Of a DNA stretch of 64,000 nt, positions 12,010 through 21,763 are shown piece after piece (positions within the stretch are counted from its first letter, which is position 1; every line of letters starts with the position of its first letter). The notes under the pieces are model-generated. The model did not search any database, was not told where the DNA came from, and worked only from the letters and a program-made list of their open reading frames with translations. Origin of the DNA: Dehalococcoidia bacterium (GTDB lineage: Bacteria > Chloroflexota > Dehalococcoidia > Lucifugimonadales > UBA3495); the NCBI GenBank assembly GCA_963663945.1, contig OY760687.1, forward strand, positions 2,516,555 to 2,580,554, given 5' to 3'. The position numbers and the translations under genes are program-made.

Positions 12010-13377
12010 TTAGCGCACCAGCGTGCCTCGGATCGCCTCCCCCACGTCGCTGACCTGGGTCACGTCCTGCCACTGGCGTACCGCGTCGTCGACACGGTCA
12101 TCGGGCAGCACCAGCGCAACATTGTCGCGGAACTTGCCGGTGATGTTGTCCATCCCCCACGGAGCCGCCTGGCTGCCCAGGATGGACCCGCGCGGGGTCT
12201 CGTGCTCCAATACCCGGCCGTCCTTCAGGGTGACGCGGATGGGCACACCCTTGGAAACGGTGCCGCCTCCCCGTTCAAACTTGGACTGGACCCGGATGTT
12301 GACCCGCTCCATCATGTCCGTCACGTCGGCGTCCGCGATCTTCTCATCGGTGAACGTGTCGATGGCGATCTCACCATCCACCAGGGCGGCCGCCATGTTG
12401 TACTTGGCGCTGAACTTCCCCTTCAGGTCGGTTTCCGGTTCCTCGTATAGCATGACCGTCGAGGCGTAGGACTGCACGATCTCCGCGTTGGCCACGTCCT
12501 CGTAGCCGAACTCGTACTCCCGCATCAAGCCGAGCACGCTATCGAGCATGGCGTGGTTGCCGCCGCAGGACGGGTACTTCTTGATCATCAGCGCATCCTG
12601 TACCCGGAAAGGCTTGCCCAGCTTGTCGGCGGCTTCCTCCAGGTTGGTGTGCTCATCGCCGATGACGGTGGCGGTGAAGCCCACCGGATGTTCCAGGATC
12701 TGGTCGCCGGCCGTGAAGCCGCGCTGCGCCAACTGAGCGGCCATGACGCCGTCACGGCAGGTCATGCCGGCATGCAGCGGCTTGGTCATGGTGCCGAAGT
12801 TGTGGATCACACCGCCGGCCATGGAACCGGCCATTCCCAGCGCCATGGTGGTCTGCTCCGCGTCCAGCTTGAGCAGCTTCGCGCAGGCTGCGGCCGCGGC
12901 CAGACGACCCAGGATCGCGGTGCTGTGAAAGCCCCGGTGCATCTGCTGGGTGTGGTAGTGGGTGGCGTAATCGACGGCCAGGCCGACCTCGCAGCCCACC
13001 ACGTAGGCTTCCATCAGGTCGCGGCCGGTGGCGCCGATGGTCTCGCCGAGGGCCAGCAGAGCGGGGAAGATTGCCACTGTGGGATGCCCGAAACCGCCGA
13101 AGTCGTCGTAATCGAGGGCGTGTCCCATGGTGCCGTTGACCAGCGCGGCGTTCACCACCGAGGTGCGCTCGCCGGTGGCGAGGATGGTTGCCTCTTCGTT
13201 GCCGCCCAGGTCGCCGGCGTAGCTGCGGATGATGTCGCCCACCTTTTGCGTCGAGCCGGCCAGGATCACCCCAATCAGGTCGAAGCAGGATTCGTTGGCG
13301 ACGCGTATGGCGTCCGGCGGAATGTCCTCATACGTCGTATCCACGATCCATTTTGCCACCATTTCAGTTGCGCCCAT
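12010..13377 (-). CDS. MmgE/PrpD family protein (2-methylcitrate dehydratase-like)
   Basis: ORF 12010-13803. Start placed at ATG 13377 (MGATEMVAKWIVDTTYEDIPPDAIRVANESCFDLIGVILAGS...), with GGAGG about 10 nt upstream. This is the typical MmgE/PrpD N-terminus, and the 455-aa length fits. Confidence 0.85.
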   Translation of the reverse strand: MGATEMVAKWIVDTTYEDIPPDAIRVANESCFDLIGVILAGSTQKVGDIIRSYAGDLGGNEEATILATGERTSVVNAALVNGTMGHALDYDDFGGFGHPTVAIFPALLALGETIGATGRDLMEAYVVGCEVGLAVDYATHYHTQQMHRGFHSTAILGRLAAAAACAKLLKLDAEQTTMALGMAGSMAGGVIHNFGTMTKPLHAGMTCRDGVMAAQLAQRGFTAGDQILEHPVGFTATVIGDEHTNLEEAADKLGKPFRVQDALMIKKYPSCGGNHAMLDSVLGLMREYEFGYEDVANAEIVQSYASTVMLYEEPETDLKGKFSAKYNMAAALVDGEIAIDTFTDEKIADADVTDMMERVNIRVQSKFERGGGTVSKGVPIRVTLKDGRVLEHETPRGSILGSQAAPWGMDNITGKFRDNVALVLPDDRVDDAVRQWQDVTQVSDVGEAIRGTLVR

Positions 13378-13494
13378 GGTGCGAAACCTCCTTGCCGGGT
13401 TCGTTTCTTCACTGCTCCCGAGGGAGCCGGCCGAGTATAGCATTCCCGGCGATGATACAATCGCGCACATTCCGAGGTGTGCGGAGAAGTCACT

Positions 13495-13755
13495 GTGTCC
13501 AGATCGAACCATACTTTGAACCTGATACTGGCCATAGTCGTGACCGTTTTTTGCTGCCTGCCGCTGGGGATTGTGGCGATCGTATTCGCGGCCATAGGCA
13601 TGTCCCGTGAGGGATCCGGGGATTATGCCGGCGCCGAATCGGCGGCCCGCACCGCGCGCATCTGCATCTGGATATCCTTCGGGTTTGGCCTGGCCGTTCT
13701 CGTACTCTACGTCGTGGTGGTCCTCCTCCTTGGAGTCGCGATACTTGGGTTCTGA
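13495..13755 (+). CDS. CD225/dispanin (IFITM-like) family small membrane protein
   Basis: ...LNLILAIVVTVFCCLPLGIVAIVFA...SREGSGDYAGAESAARTARICIWISFGFGLAVL... matches the two-TM CD225 pattern with the CCxP-type first helix. Start is uncertain: GTG 13495 has GGAG 9 nt upstream, and the ORF opens at GTG 13477. Confidence 0.65.
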   Translation: MSRSNHTLNLILAIVVTVFCCLPLGIVAIVFAAIGMSREGSGDYAGAESAARTARICIWISFGFGLAVLVLYVVVVLLLGVAILGF

Positions 13756-13792
13756 ATCGGCCCTCCTTCGGTCACGCCCAAGGCCGCATCCC

Positions 13793-14266
13793 ATGACGCG
13801 CAATCCCGCAACCCTCGCAGCATGGCTCGCGCCGGCGGCCCTGGTGAGCTGCGGGCTCGCCCTGGTGTATGCAGTAGACCCGCGGGTGCCCGGTAACTAC
13901 CCGCCCTGTCTTTTCCTATTCATCACCGGGTGCTACTGTCCCGGATGCGGGACGCTGCGTGCGTTGCACAGTCTGCTGCATGGCGAACTGCGTACCGCGC
14001 TTGGATACAATCTGCTGACCGTTGCGCTGCTTCCCATGTTGGCGGCAGCGTGCGCTTACGGCGTCGCCCATACGATCGCGCCTCATAAGATCCAGTCGTT
14101 GCGGGTTTCGCGGCATGTGGCATGGGCGGCGCTGGCTGTGGTCCTTGCGTTCTGGGCCACGCGCAACGTGCCGGTTTCCCGTTATCTGCGCTGGCGCCGT
14201 GATCAGGCAGCCGCACAGGCTTGGACACACGGAGTTTGCCGAGCGGGTCAAATAACGCATCAATGA
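13793..14266 (+). CDS. DUF2752 family membrane protein
   Basis: ORF 13607-14266, start placed at ATG 13793 (MTRNPATL...). Signature CLFLFITGCYCPGCGTLRALHSLLHG, with the CPxCG motif typical of DUF2752. Confidence 0.65.
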   Translation: MTRNPATLAAWLAPAALVSCGLALVYAVDPRVPGNYPPCLFLFITGCYCPGCGTLRALHSLLHGELRTALGYNLLTVALLPMLAAACAYGVAHTIAPHKIQSLRVSRHVAWAALAVVLAFWATRNVPVSRYLRWRRDQAAAQAWTHGVCRAGQITHQ

Positions 14267-14408
14267 CTGGAGAGTAGTCGCCGCGTGATGACAAAACCAC
14301 GCCGTCGGTTGCCCGGATTCCGGGGGTCTGCTAGACTTTTGCCGTCGCGGGGCTCGTCCCGTCGGCGACCCAATTGACCAGTACCCCGCTTACCAGGAGT
14401 TACGGCTA

Positions 14409-15026
14409 ATGATTTACGAAGTTCGCACTTACGATCTCAAGCCTGGTGGAGTGCCCATTTTCGAGGAAGCGTTCGCGAAGGCGCTGCCCCATCGGGAAAA
14501 GTATTCCAAGCTGGCTGCTTTCTTCCACACGGAAATTGGCCCGCTGAACCAGGTTATCCACATATGGCCCTACGAGAGCCTGGACGAGCGCAACGAAGTT
14601 CGCGCCGCCGCCGGTAAGGACCCCAACTGGCCGCCGGACAGCCAGGGCACGATCGTGCACATGGAGTCGGAGATCTTCAATCCCGCGCCATTCATGCGTC
14701 CCATGGGCGGCGGACAGAAGCAGGGCAACGTCTACGAGATGCGGATTTACGAGTACCAGAACGGCTCCATTCCCAAGGTGCTGGACATCTGGGGCGCCGC
14801 CATAGAGCATCGTGAGAAGTTCTCCCCGCTGGCCGCCGGCATGTACAGCGACATCGGCGGTCTGAACAAGTGGGTCCACATCTGGCCCTACAAGGACCTG
14901 GGCGAGCGCGACAAGATCCGCGCCGAAGCGTCCGCCACGCCGCACTGGCCCCCGCCGACCCGGGAGTTCCTGGTCAACCAGGAAACCAAGGTGCTGGTTC
15001 CCGCCAGCTTCTCGCCCCACGCATAG
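14409..15026 (+). CDS. NIPSNAP family protein (two tandem NIPSNAP domains)
   Basis: MIYEVRTYDLKPGG...VIHIWPYESLDERNEVR... is repeated as VYEMRIYEYQNGS...WVHIWPYKDLGERDKIR. AGGAG lies upstream. Confidence 0.8.
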   Translation: MIYEVRTYDLKPGGVPIFEEAFAKALPHREKYSKLAAFFHTEIGPLNQVIHIWPYESLDERNEVRAAAGKDPNWPPDSQGTIVHMESEIFNPAPFMRPMGGGQKQGNVYEMRIYEYQNGSIPKVLDIWGAAIEHREKFSPLAAGMYSDIGGLNKWVHIWPYKDLGERDKIRAEASATPHWPPPTREFLVNQETKVLVPASFSPHA

Positions 15027-15049
15027 GGTAGGCGACAACCGCAGCTACG

Positions 15050-15077
15050 GTAGGGGCGAATGATTATTCGCCCCTAC
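15050..15077. terminator. Perfect 12-bp hairpin after the NIPSNAP gene
   Basis: GTAGGGGCGAAT-gatt-ATTCGCCCCTAC read directly. There is no clear U-tract. TATAAT follows at 15080-15085. Confidence 0.4.
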
Positions 15078-15134
15078 GTTATAATGACCGCACTGGCTCC
15101 CGTCCCAACACCAGTCCAGTCCTGAGGATTTTCC

Positions 15135-15980
15135 ATGAATATCGGCATCGCAATGTTCGTCACCCAGTCGTCCATCGACATCGCGGAACTGGCGCAGGCC
15201 TGCGAGGCCCACGGTTTCGAGTCGTTGTGGGTGCCGGAGCATCCGGCGATACCGGCCGGCCCCAAGACCCCGTGGCCCGGGTCGCCAGATGGGGTGATCC
15301 CACAGATGTACTACGAGTGTCTCGATCCGTTCGTCGCCCTGGGACGAGCTTCAGCGGTGACGTCGACGCTCAAGCTGGGGACGGGGATCTGCCTGGTGCC
15401 CGAGCGCAACCCCATACTGCTGGCCAAGGAGATCGCAACCCTGGACTACCTGAGCAACGGGCGGTTCCTGTTCGGCATCGGGACCGGCTGGCTGCGCGAA
15501 GAGACCGAACTCTTCGGCATCGACTTCTCCCAGCGGATTGGCTACACCCGCGAGTCGATCGAAGCCATGAAGGAACTCTGGACCAAGGAAGTTGGCGAGT
15601 TTCACGGCAGGCACATCGATTTCCCGCCGATCTACTCCTCGCCCAAGCCGGTGCAGAAGCCGCATCCGCCGGTGCTCATTGGCGGTAACGCCCCCAACGT
15701 GGCCCGACGGGTGGTGGCCTGGGGTGACGGCTGGATGCCCAATCGCATCTCGCCCGACCAGTTGAAGGAGCGGCGGGAGGAAATTGTCCGTCTGGCCCAG
15801 GAAGCGGGTCGGGATCCCCATGAGATCGAAGTTTCCGTTTTCGGGCAGCCGGCCGACCCGGAGATCATCAAGGCTTACGAGGAGGCCGGCGCGACCCGTG
15901 CCATGGTCTTCGCCGAAAGCGCCCCCCGCGACCAGGCCCTGCGCCAAATCGACGATTTCGCCAGCAAACTGCTGGCCTGA
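15135..15980 (+). CDS. LLM class F420-dependent oxidoreductase (short, about 281 aa type)
   Basis: MNIGIAMFVTQSSIDIAELAQACEAHGFESLWVPEHPAIP... The length and N-terminus match the short F420-dependent LLM subgroup. Confidence 0.8.
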   Translation: MNIGIAMFVTQSSIDIAELAQACEAHGFESLWVPEHPAIPAGPKTPWPGSPDGVIPQMYYECLDPFVALGRASAVTSTLKLGTGICLVPERNPILLAKEIATLDYLSNGRFLFGIGTGWLREETELFGIDFSQRIGYTRESIEAMKELWTKEVGEFHGRHIDFPPIYSSPKPVQKPHPPVLIGGNAPNVARRVVAWGDGWMPNRISPDQLKERREEIVRLAQEAGRDPHEIEVSVFGQPADPEIIKAYEEAGATRAMVFAESAPRDQALRQIDDFASKLLA

Positions 15981-16022
15981 TCTCAGCTATGACCTCTCAG
16001 CTCCCTGGCAACCCGGTGAGAA

Positions 16023-16418
16023 ATGCTTCCTGACGACGCCAGCGTACTGTCCCTGCGGGACGCCAACCAGCGCTTCTACGACGCCTTCGGGTCCCTCGAC
16101 ATGGCCCGGATGGACTCGGTCTGGGAGCAGTCCGACCGGGCGTTGTGCGTACACCCCGGCTGGCAGCCGATAGTGGGCTGGCCGGATATTCGGCGATCAT
16201 GGCAAGGCATCTTCAACGGCGCGGCGTTGATGCACTTCAACATCAATTACGTGAACATCGCCGTGGAAGGCAACTGCGGTTTCGTTACCTGCATCGAGAG
16301 CATTACCAGCGTGGTCGAAGGGCAGGCGCAGGGTTTCGGCGTCCTGGCCACGAATATATTTGTGAGATCCGGCGACGACTGGCTGGTCATCGCCCATCAC
16401 GCGTCTCCCCGCCTCTAG
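16023..16418 (+). CDS. NTF2-like (SnoaL/DUF4440-type) protein
   Basis: 131 aa. ...LRDANQRFYDAFGSLDMARMDSVWEQSDRALCVHPGW... is a typical SnoaL-like/DUF4440 pattern. Confidence 0.65.
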   Translation: MLPDDASVLSLRDANQRFYDAFGSLDMARMDSVWEQSDRALCVHPGWQPIVGWPDIRRSWQGIFNGAALMHFNINYVNIAVEGNCGFVTCIESITSVVEGQAQGFGVLATNIFVRSGDDWLVIAHHASPRL

Positions 16419-16520
16419 AATAAATCGAAACTCGAGGCTGGGACGGCACGGTCTCCAGCCTGGTGGTCTATCTATAGCCACCTCGCACAAACCGCTCAAT
16501 ATCGGGATTCGGAGCGAATC

Positions 16521-17777
16521 ATGTCATATTCCCCGCCTGCGGTCGTCGACATCTCCGCGACCGACCGCAACCTGTGGCAGGCCCTAATGGCAGAGGCCAT
16601 CGCCAACCTTACGTACACTGCCTACGCCAACAAGGCCCGCGAGGAAGGCTACCCTGAGATTGCCGAGGTCTTCGAGCAAGTCGCCCGGGCCGAGACCAAT
16701 CACGGCCTGAATTACCTTTCCATTTCGGGCGGGATAGACAGCACTGCGGTCAACCTGGCCAACGTGATCGCTGGTGAAACCCGGGAGTACACCCGCACCT
16801 ACCCGCGCATGATCAACGAGGCGATGAGGGACGGCCGCTCCGACGCCGTTAACATCCTGACCGCGGCCATGGAGGAGGAAAAGCAACACCAGATCGCCTT
16901 TTCCGATGCCCTGGCCCATCTGCAAATCAAGAGCCCGAACGGTGCCCCGGTTGAACCGGACTTCCTGGTTGCCGCGACGGCGTCACCAGCGGGGAATACA
17001 TCCGATCTGGATGTTTCTGGCGAGCGGCCCGCGCTACCCATAGACCTGCAAACATACATTGATGCGGCGCTTGCGCTGGACAGGGAACCGTTCCGCATCG
17101 CAAATCTGGGTCGACTGCGAGAGGTGGTGTTCGGCGCGCAGGACGGCATTATCAGCACTCTTGCCCTGACCACGTCGGTGGCCATCGCCGTTGGCACGAC
17201 CGGAACGGTCCTCGTGGCGGGGTTGGCTGCCGCCGCAGCCGGGATGATCAGCATGGGCGCCGGCGCGTATCTGGGCTCCCGAGCCGAGGAGGACGTTCGA
17301 CAAGCGGCAATCGCCAACCAGGTCCGCGAATTGGATGAGAACCCGGCGGAGCAACTGGCGGAACTCGTCATCCTGTTCCAACGAGAGGGCAAGACCTACG
17401 ACGAAGCCGTCCATCTCGCCAACGAGATATCGAGCAACGAAACGCTGTGGCTGAACACGCTGCTGGAAAAGAAGCTGGGGATCAGCCCGGACTTTGGTGG
17501 CAACCCGCTGAAGGACGCGGGGGTGATGTGCGTCTCGTTTGGCGCAGCGGCGATCATACCCATCATCCCCTTCCTGTTCCTGGCCGTCGGGCCGATGGCG
17601 ATCGGATTGTCCGTGGGCCTGTCGCTGGCCGGGTTGTTCGCGCTGGGCCTCGCGAAAGGCCGGCTGGTGCGCAAATCCGCCATCCTGCAGGGGCTTGAGA
17701 TACTGGGGATCGGCGCGGTCTCCGCAGCCCTTGGGTACGGTCTGGGCGAGTTACTGCCGCGGATATTGGGGTTCTAG
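16521..17777 (+). CDS. Ferritin-like (rubrerythrin-type) domain fused to a VIT1/CCC1 iron/manganese transporter domain
   Basis: The N-terminal half has ExxH-type diiron helices (...EAIANLTYTAYANKAREEGYPEIAEVFEQVARAETNHG...EEEKQHQ...). The C-terminal half has VIT family motifs (...VFGAQDGIISTLALTTSVA...) and TM helices. Confidence 0.8.
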   Translation: MSYSPPAVVDISATDRNLWQALMAEAIANLTYTAYANKAREEGYPEIAEVFEQVARAETNHGLNYLSISGGIDSTAVNLANVIAGETREYTRTYPRMINEAMRDGRSDAVNILTAAMEEEKQHQIAFSDALAHLQIKSPNGAPVEPDFLVAATASPAGNTSDLDVSGERPALPIDLQTYIDAALALDREPFRIANLGRLREVVFGAQDGIISTLALTTSVAIAVGTTGTVLVAGLAAAAAGMISMGAGAYLGSRAEEDVRQAAIANQVRELDENPAEQLAELVILFQREGKTYDEAVHLANEISSNETLWLNTLLEKKLGISPDFGGNPLKDAGVMCVSFGAAAIIPIIPFLFLAVGPMAIGLSVGLSLAGLFALGLAKGRLVRKSAILQGLEILGIGAVSAALGYGLGELLPRILGF

Positions 17778-17822
17778 CCTCGACCGGCATCCGAGATTGA
17801 GCCCGGATATAACCAATAATCG

Positions 17823-17844
17823 GGGGCGGTCGTTGGACCGCCCC
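17823..17844. terminator. Hairpin between the convergent VIT1-fusion and hydrolase genes
   Basis: GGGGCGGTC-gttg-GACCGCCCC, a perfect 9-bp stem. Confidence 0.5.
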
Positions 17845-17870
17845 AATCATTCGTCAGCCTTGGGCGCTTT

Positions 17871-18773
17871 CTAGGAAAACCGGCCCAACAAACCCCTCAC
17901 GGCCTTGAGAAAATCGGGCGGGTTGTCTCCCTGGACCAGGTGGCCGGCGTTGTCCACAGTCACCGTGGTGCAGTCGTGGTGCTCCTCGGCCATCCGCATC
18001 ATCGTTTCATCCGCGAAAATATCGCTGCGCGCGCCACGCACCACCAGGGCGGGGCAGTCGATCTTGCGCCAGCCGGCCCATAGCTGTTCCGGAGTCCAGG
18101 CGGGCGCGCGAAAACCTCGCCGGCGGATCACCTTGTCGTACTTCCACGTCCACTTCCCGTCCTCGCGCTGGCGGATGCTGTACTTCAGTGCGCCCAGGGT
18201 TTGTTCCCGGGTGCGGCCGGTGTACTCCATGACGCGCTGGGCGAATTCCTCCAGGGTATCCAGCTCGTCGGGAAGCTCACGGAACTGCTGGATGCGGTTT
18301 GAGCCGTGTCGCTGGGTCTCCGGGCCGGTGTCGACGATGGTCAGAGACTTCAAGGTTCCGGGCCGTCCCGACGCCCAGGCCAGACTGTTGCGACCGCCCA
18401 TGGAATGGCCCATCAGGTGGAAATCCTGCAACCCCATGGCGGATACCAGCGCCTCAACGTCACCGACGTAGGCGTCGGTGGAATAGTCCTCGTCGGCCGA
18501 CCAGTCGCTGTCGCCATGGCCGCGCTGGTCCACTGCGATCACGTGGTAGTCAACGGACAGTGGCAGGCTGATGAAATCCCAACTGTGGGCCTGCTGCTGG
18601 ATGCCATGAAGCATCACTATCGTCGGCGAATGTTGATCGCCCCATTCCAGGTAATGGAGGTTGAGGCCGTTGACCTTGACGGACCGGTCGACCGGCTCGT
18701 TCTCCACCGTAAAGGGAACTCCCATCTGCCGCGCAGCGTCATGCAGCGACAGACCCATGGAATGTGACGCCAT
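17871..18773 (-). CDS. Alpha/beta hydrolase fold protein
   Basis: ORF 17871-18920. Start placed at ATG 18773 (MASHSMGLSLHD...), with AGGAGG upstream. Has HGIQQQAHSWD, the nucleophile elbow GHSMGG and a C-terminal NAGH. It is the last gene of the ino1 operon. Confidence 0.8.
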   Translation of the reverse strand: MASHSMGLSLHDAARQMGVPFTVENEPVDRSVKVNGLNLHYLEWGDQHSPTIVMLHGIQQQAHSWDFISLPLSVDYHVIAVDQRGHGDSDWSADEDYSTDAYVGDVEALVSAMGLQDFHLMGHSMGGRNSLAWASGRPGTLKSLTIVDTGPETQRHGSNRIQQFRELPDELDTLEEFAQRVMEYTGRTREQTLGALKYSIRQREDGKWTWKYDKVIRRRGFRAPAWTPEQLWAGWRKIDCPALVVRGARSDIFADETMMRMAEEHHDCTTVTVDNAGHLVQGDNPPDFLKAVRGLLGRFS

Positions 18774-18817
18774 CTTGAATACCTCCTGCCGTGAACGTGG
18801 CCGCCATGTTACCACGG

Positions 18818-19459
18818 CTAACTGTTTTCCTCCGCCTGGCTGTCGAGGATCCCCCGTATGGTGAACATGCGCTGGAACAGAGTGAAGCAGGACACGCCAG
18901 CGATCATCCAGAGTACCCACACCATGATCGGGACCGGGGCCAACCCTTCAACAATCAGGCCGATCCCGAGGATCGCCACCCGTTCGGTGCGGGTCATGAT
19001 GCCGGAACGGGTGAACGCGCCGAGGCCTTCGCCACGGGCGCGCAGATAGGAGACGCCCTGGGAGAACACCAGACCCAACAGGACCGATAGCATGCTCAGG
19101 ATCATCTCAGGTTGGGACAAATCCGCGAGCAGGTAATAGAGGCCCAACCCGACAAACAGCGCAGCCTCGCCCAGCCGGTCGAAAACGGAATCGAGCAATG
19201 CGCCAAAGGGGGATGCGCGACCGGTCAGGCGGGCCAGCCCGCCGTCGAACAGATCCAGAATGCCGCCAGCGAGGAACACGATGCCGCCGTACAGAGGATA
19301 TCCCAATGCCACCAGCGCGGCCCCGGCCGCGCACACCGCGAATCCAAAGACGGTGACGACATTTGGGGTCAATCCCACGGCGTGGAGAGCCCCCGCTCCA
19401 GGCAACTCTACGTAGCGCAGCATTGCCGCGCGCAGCTCCTCTCTACCGGGCATAGCCAC
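18818..19459 (-). CDS. CDP-alcohol phosphatidyltransferase, phosphatidylinositol-phosphate synthase-like
   Basis: Exact D-x2-D-G-x2-A-R-x8-G-x3-D-x3-D motif (DLFDGGLARLTGRASPFGALLDSVFD). About 213 aa with 5-6 TM segments. The architecture parallels actinobacterial PgsA1. GTG start overlaps the upstream GT4 stop by 17 nt. Confidence 0.75.
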   Translation of the reverse strand: MAMPGREELRAAMLRYVELPGAGALHAVGLTPNVVTVFGFAVCAAGAALVALGYPLYGGIVFLAGGILDLFDGGLARLTGRASPFGALLDSVFDRLGEAALFVGLGLYYLLADLSQPEMILSMLSVLLGLVFSQGVSYLRARGEGLGAFTRSGIMTRTERVAILGIGLIVEGLAPVPIMVWVLWMIAGVSCFTLFQRMFTIRGILDSQAEENS

Positions 19460-20597
19460 CGTGGTTGGCCTCCTCCATGCAGTGTTGGTAATAGTCTTCG
19501 ACTTCCGAAGCGATCCGTTGCCAGCGATGATTTTGCGCCACGTTCTTTCCGGCCGCGACCAATCGCAGGCCGAGTTCCGGGGCGTCGATCACGCTGGCGA
19601 TGGCAGCGGCAACGGCGGTCGGGTCCCGTGGCGACGCCAGCAACCCATTGCATTCGTGGGTCACGACATCGCGGTAACCGTCGATGTCCGATGCGACCAC
19701 CGGAACGCCAGCAGCCATCGCTTCGAGCAATACAATGCCGAAACTCTCTCCGCCGGTGGCCGGACTGCAAAAGACGTCGGCGCTGGCGTAATAGCGAGGC
19801 AGGTCATCGCCGCTGACAGCGCCGACCAATCGCACCGTGTCGTCACCGGCCCCGGCGATCGCATTGATCCATGAAGCACACGCCTGATCCGGTTCGCCAG
19901 GGCCCACGACGATCAACCTGAGATCGCGGCGATCTTCGAGCAAGAGGGCGAACGCCTCCAAAAGATAGCGCAGGCCCTTGCGTTCGTCCTTGCGGCCAAC
20001 GAACAGGACGTTTTTCTTCCCGCCGCGCAACTCGGGGAGCGGTGCGGCATCTGCGAAGCGCTCGAAGTCGATGCCGTTGGGGATCACGCGATACGCCCGA
20101 TTGGGAAAATGGGGAGCCACGAATGATCGGGCGGCCTCGGAAACGGCGATATGCCCGTGGAGCCGGCGGTGCCAGTTCTTCAGGGCAAACCGTGACCAAC
20201 GATACAACTGCTGGCCGTCCGAGAACGCGTGGAAGGTGCCAATGTTGACGGCGTTGGAATGCTGCAGGAACAGCAACGGCAGCAGTGGAGCCAGAGGTTC
20301 GTGCACGTGGACAACGTCGAATTGCTCGCGAGCCACGAGTCGCCGGACGCGCGGCCATAACCACCACGCCAGCGTCACCCGCGCCGTTGAGCCGCCAGCC
20401 GAAAGTGGGACGGATCGACCCATCGCGATGAAATCGTCGGCAATTCCGGCTTGATCCGAAGGGTGTATCGGGGTTCGCGGAGCGACGATGGTCACTTCGT
20501 GCCCGCGGCGCCGCAATTCATTGGAGAGTTCAGATACGTGGGCATTGACACCGCCTGGCCATGAGAAATCATAAGGGGAGACCATGGCTATTTTCAT
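19443..20597 (-). CDS. GT4 family glycosyltransferase, PimA-like (phosphatidylinositol mannosyltransferase-like)
   Basis: The N-terminus MKIAMVSPYDFSWPGGVNAHVSELSNELRRRGHEVTIVAP closely follows the PimA-type N-terminal pattern. The C-terminal ...ESFGIVLLEAMAAGVPVVASD... is the GT4 E-x7-E region. Confidence 0.75.
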   Translation of the reverse strand: MKIAMVSPYDFSWPGGVNAHVSELSNELRRRGHEVTIVAPRTPIHPSDQAGIADDFIAMGRSVPLSAGGSTARVTLAWWLWPRVRRLVAREQFDVVHVHEPLAPLLPLLFLQHSNAVNIGTFHAFSDGQQLYRWSRFALKNWHRRLHGHIAVSEAARSFVAPHFPNRAYRVIPNGIDFERFADAAPLPELRGGKKNVLFVGRKDERKGLRYLLEAFALLLEDRRDLRLIVVGPGEPDQACASWINAIAGAGDDTVRLVGAVSGDDLPRYYASADVFCSPATGGESFGIVLLEAMAAGVPVVASDIDGYRDVVTHECNGLLASPRDPTAVAAAIASVIDAPELGLRLVAAGKNVAQNHRWQRIASEVEDYYQHCMEEANHGGYAR

Positions 20598-20650
20598 AGC
20601 CCGCTCCCCTCAGTAGATCCCAGCCCAGAAACGCAGGGAAGTAACGCCGA

Positions 20651-21763
20651 TTATTCTTCTCCGTCGCCGTGTTTGACCTGCACGCTGACCACGGCCGGCT
20701 CGGAGATAAACGCCTCGACCATGTCGTGCGCTTCGGAGTCGGAGTACTGGACGGGAGGGCTCTTCATGAAGTAGGCCGATGGGGCGAACACGGCCCCGCC
20801 CTGCCCACGGTCCAATGCCAGCTTCGCGCACCGGATGGCGTCCACCACGACGCCGGCTGAGTTGGGGCTGTCCCAGACCTCCAGCTTGACTTCCATCTTG
20901 ACCGGAGCGCCCCCGAAGACCTTCCCGTCGATGTGGATGTAGCACCACTTGCGGTCCTGCAGCCACGGCACGTGGTCGCTGGGTCCGATGTGGATAGTGT
21001 CCGCATCCGGCTCTTCCTGCATCTGGCTGGTGACGGATCCAGTTTTGGATATCTTCTTGGACACCAGGCGCTCGCGTTCGAGCATGTTGAGGAAGTCGGT
21101 GTTGCCGCCGAAGTTCAACTGGTAGGTGTTGTCGATCTCGGCGCCGCGGTTCTCCATCAGGCGGGTCAGCACACGATGAACGATGGTCGCACCCACCTGG
21201 GATTTTATGTCATCCCCGATGACGGGCACGCCCCGTTCCTCGAACCGGGTGCGCCAGTACTCTTCACGAGCGATAAATACCGGGATGCAGTTGATCATGG
21301 CGCAGCGGGCGTCAAGAATCTGCTCGACGTACCACTTGGTTGCCATCTCGCTGCCCACGGGCAGGTAATTGATCACCACGTCAACTTCGCGATCGCGAAG
21401 GATGCCCGAGATGTCGGCGGTGCTGTGCTCCGATTTGACCACCACGTCCGTGAGGTAACGACCGATCCCGTCGTGGGTCATGCCTCGTTCCACGGGCACT
21501 CCCATGTAAGGAACTTCGGCGAATTTGATGGTGTTGTTAGGCTCGGTGAAGATTGCTTCCGACAGATCTTTCCCGACCTTGTTGCGGTCGACATCGAAAG
21601 CAGCCACGACTTCGATATCTTCGATGCGGTAGTCTCCGATGCGATTGTGCATTACGCCGGGGATCGGGTCGTCGTCCGGCACCTCAACGTATTTGTGGAT
21701 GCCCTGGACCAGCGAAGACGCGCAGTTGCCCACGCCGATGATGGCAACCTTAATCGTGCCCAA
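20651..21763 (-). CDS. ino1: myo-Inositol-1-phosphate (inositol-3-phosphate) synthase
   Basis: ORF 20651-21799. I prefer the TTG start at 21763, which has AGGAG 7 nt upstream and gives [21 protein letters not shown]... The Rossmann N-terminus and conserved ...[11 protein letters not shown]... and ...SKKISKT... blocks match bacterial/archaeal-type MIPS. Confidence 0.85.
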   Translation of the reverse strand: MGTIKVAIIGVGNCASSLVQGIHKYVEVPDDDPIPGVMHNRIGDYRIEDIEVVAAFDVDRNKVGKDLSEAIFTEPNNTIKFAEVPYMGVPVERGMTHDGIGRYLTDVVVKSEHSTADISGILRDREVDVVINYLPVGSEMATKWYVEQILDARCAMINCIPVFIAREEYWRTRFEERGVPVIGDDIKSQVGATIVHRVLTRLMENRGAEIDNTYQLNFGGNTDFLNMLERERLVSKKISKTGSVTSQMQEEPDADTIHIGPSDHVPWLQDRKWCYIHIDGKVFGGAPVKMEVKLEVWDSPNSAGVVVDAIRCAKLALDRGQGGAVFAPSAYFMKSPPVQYSDSEAHDMVEAFISEPAVVSVQVKHGDGEE

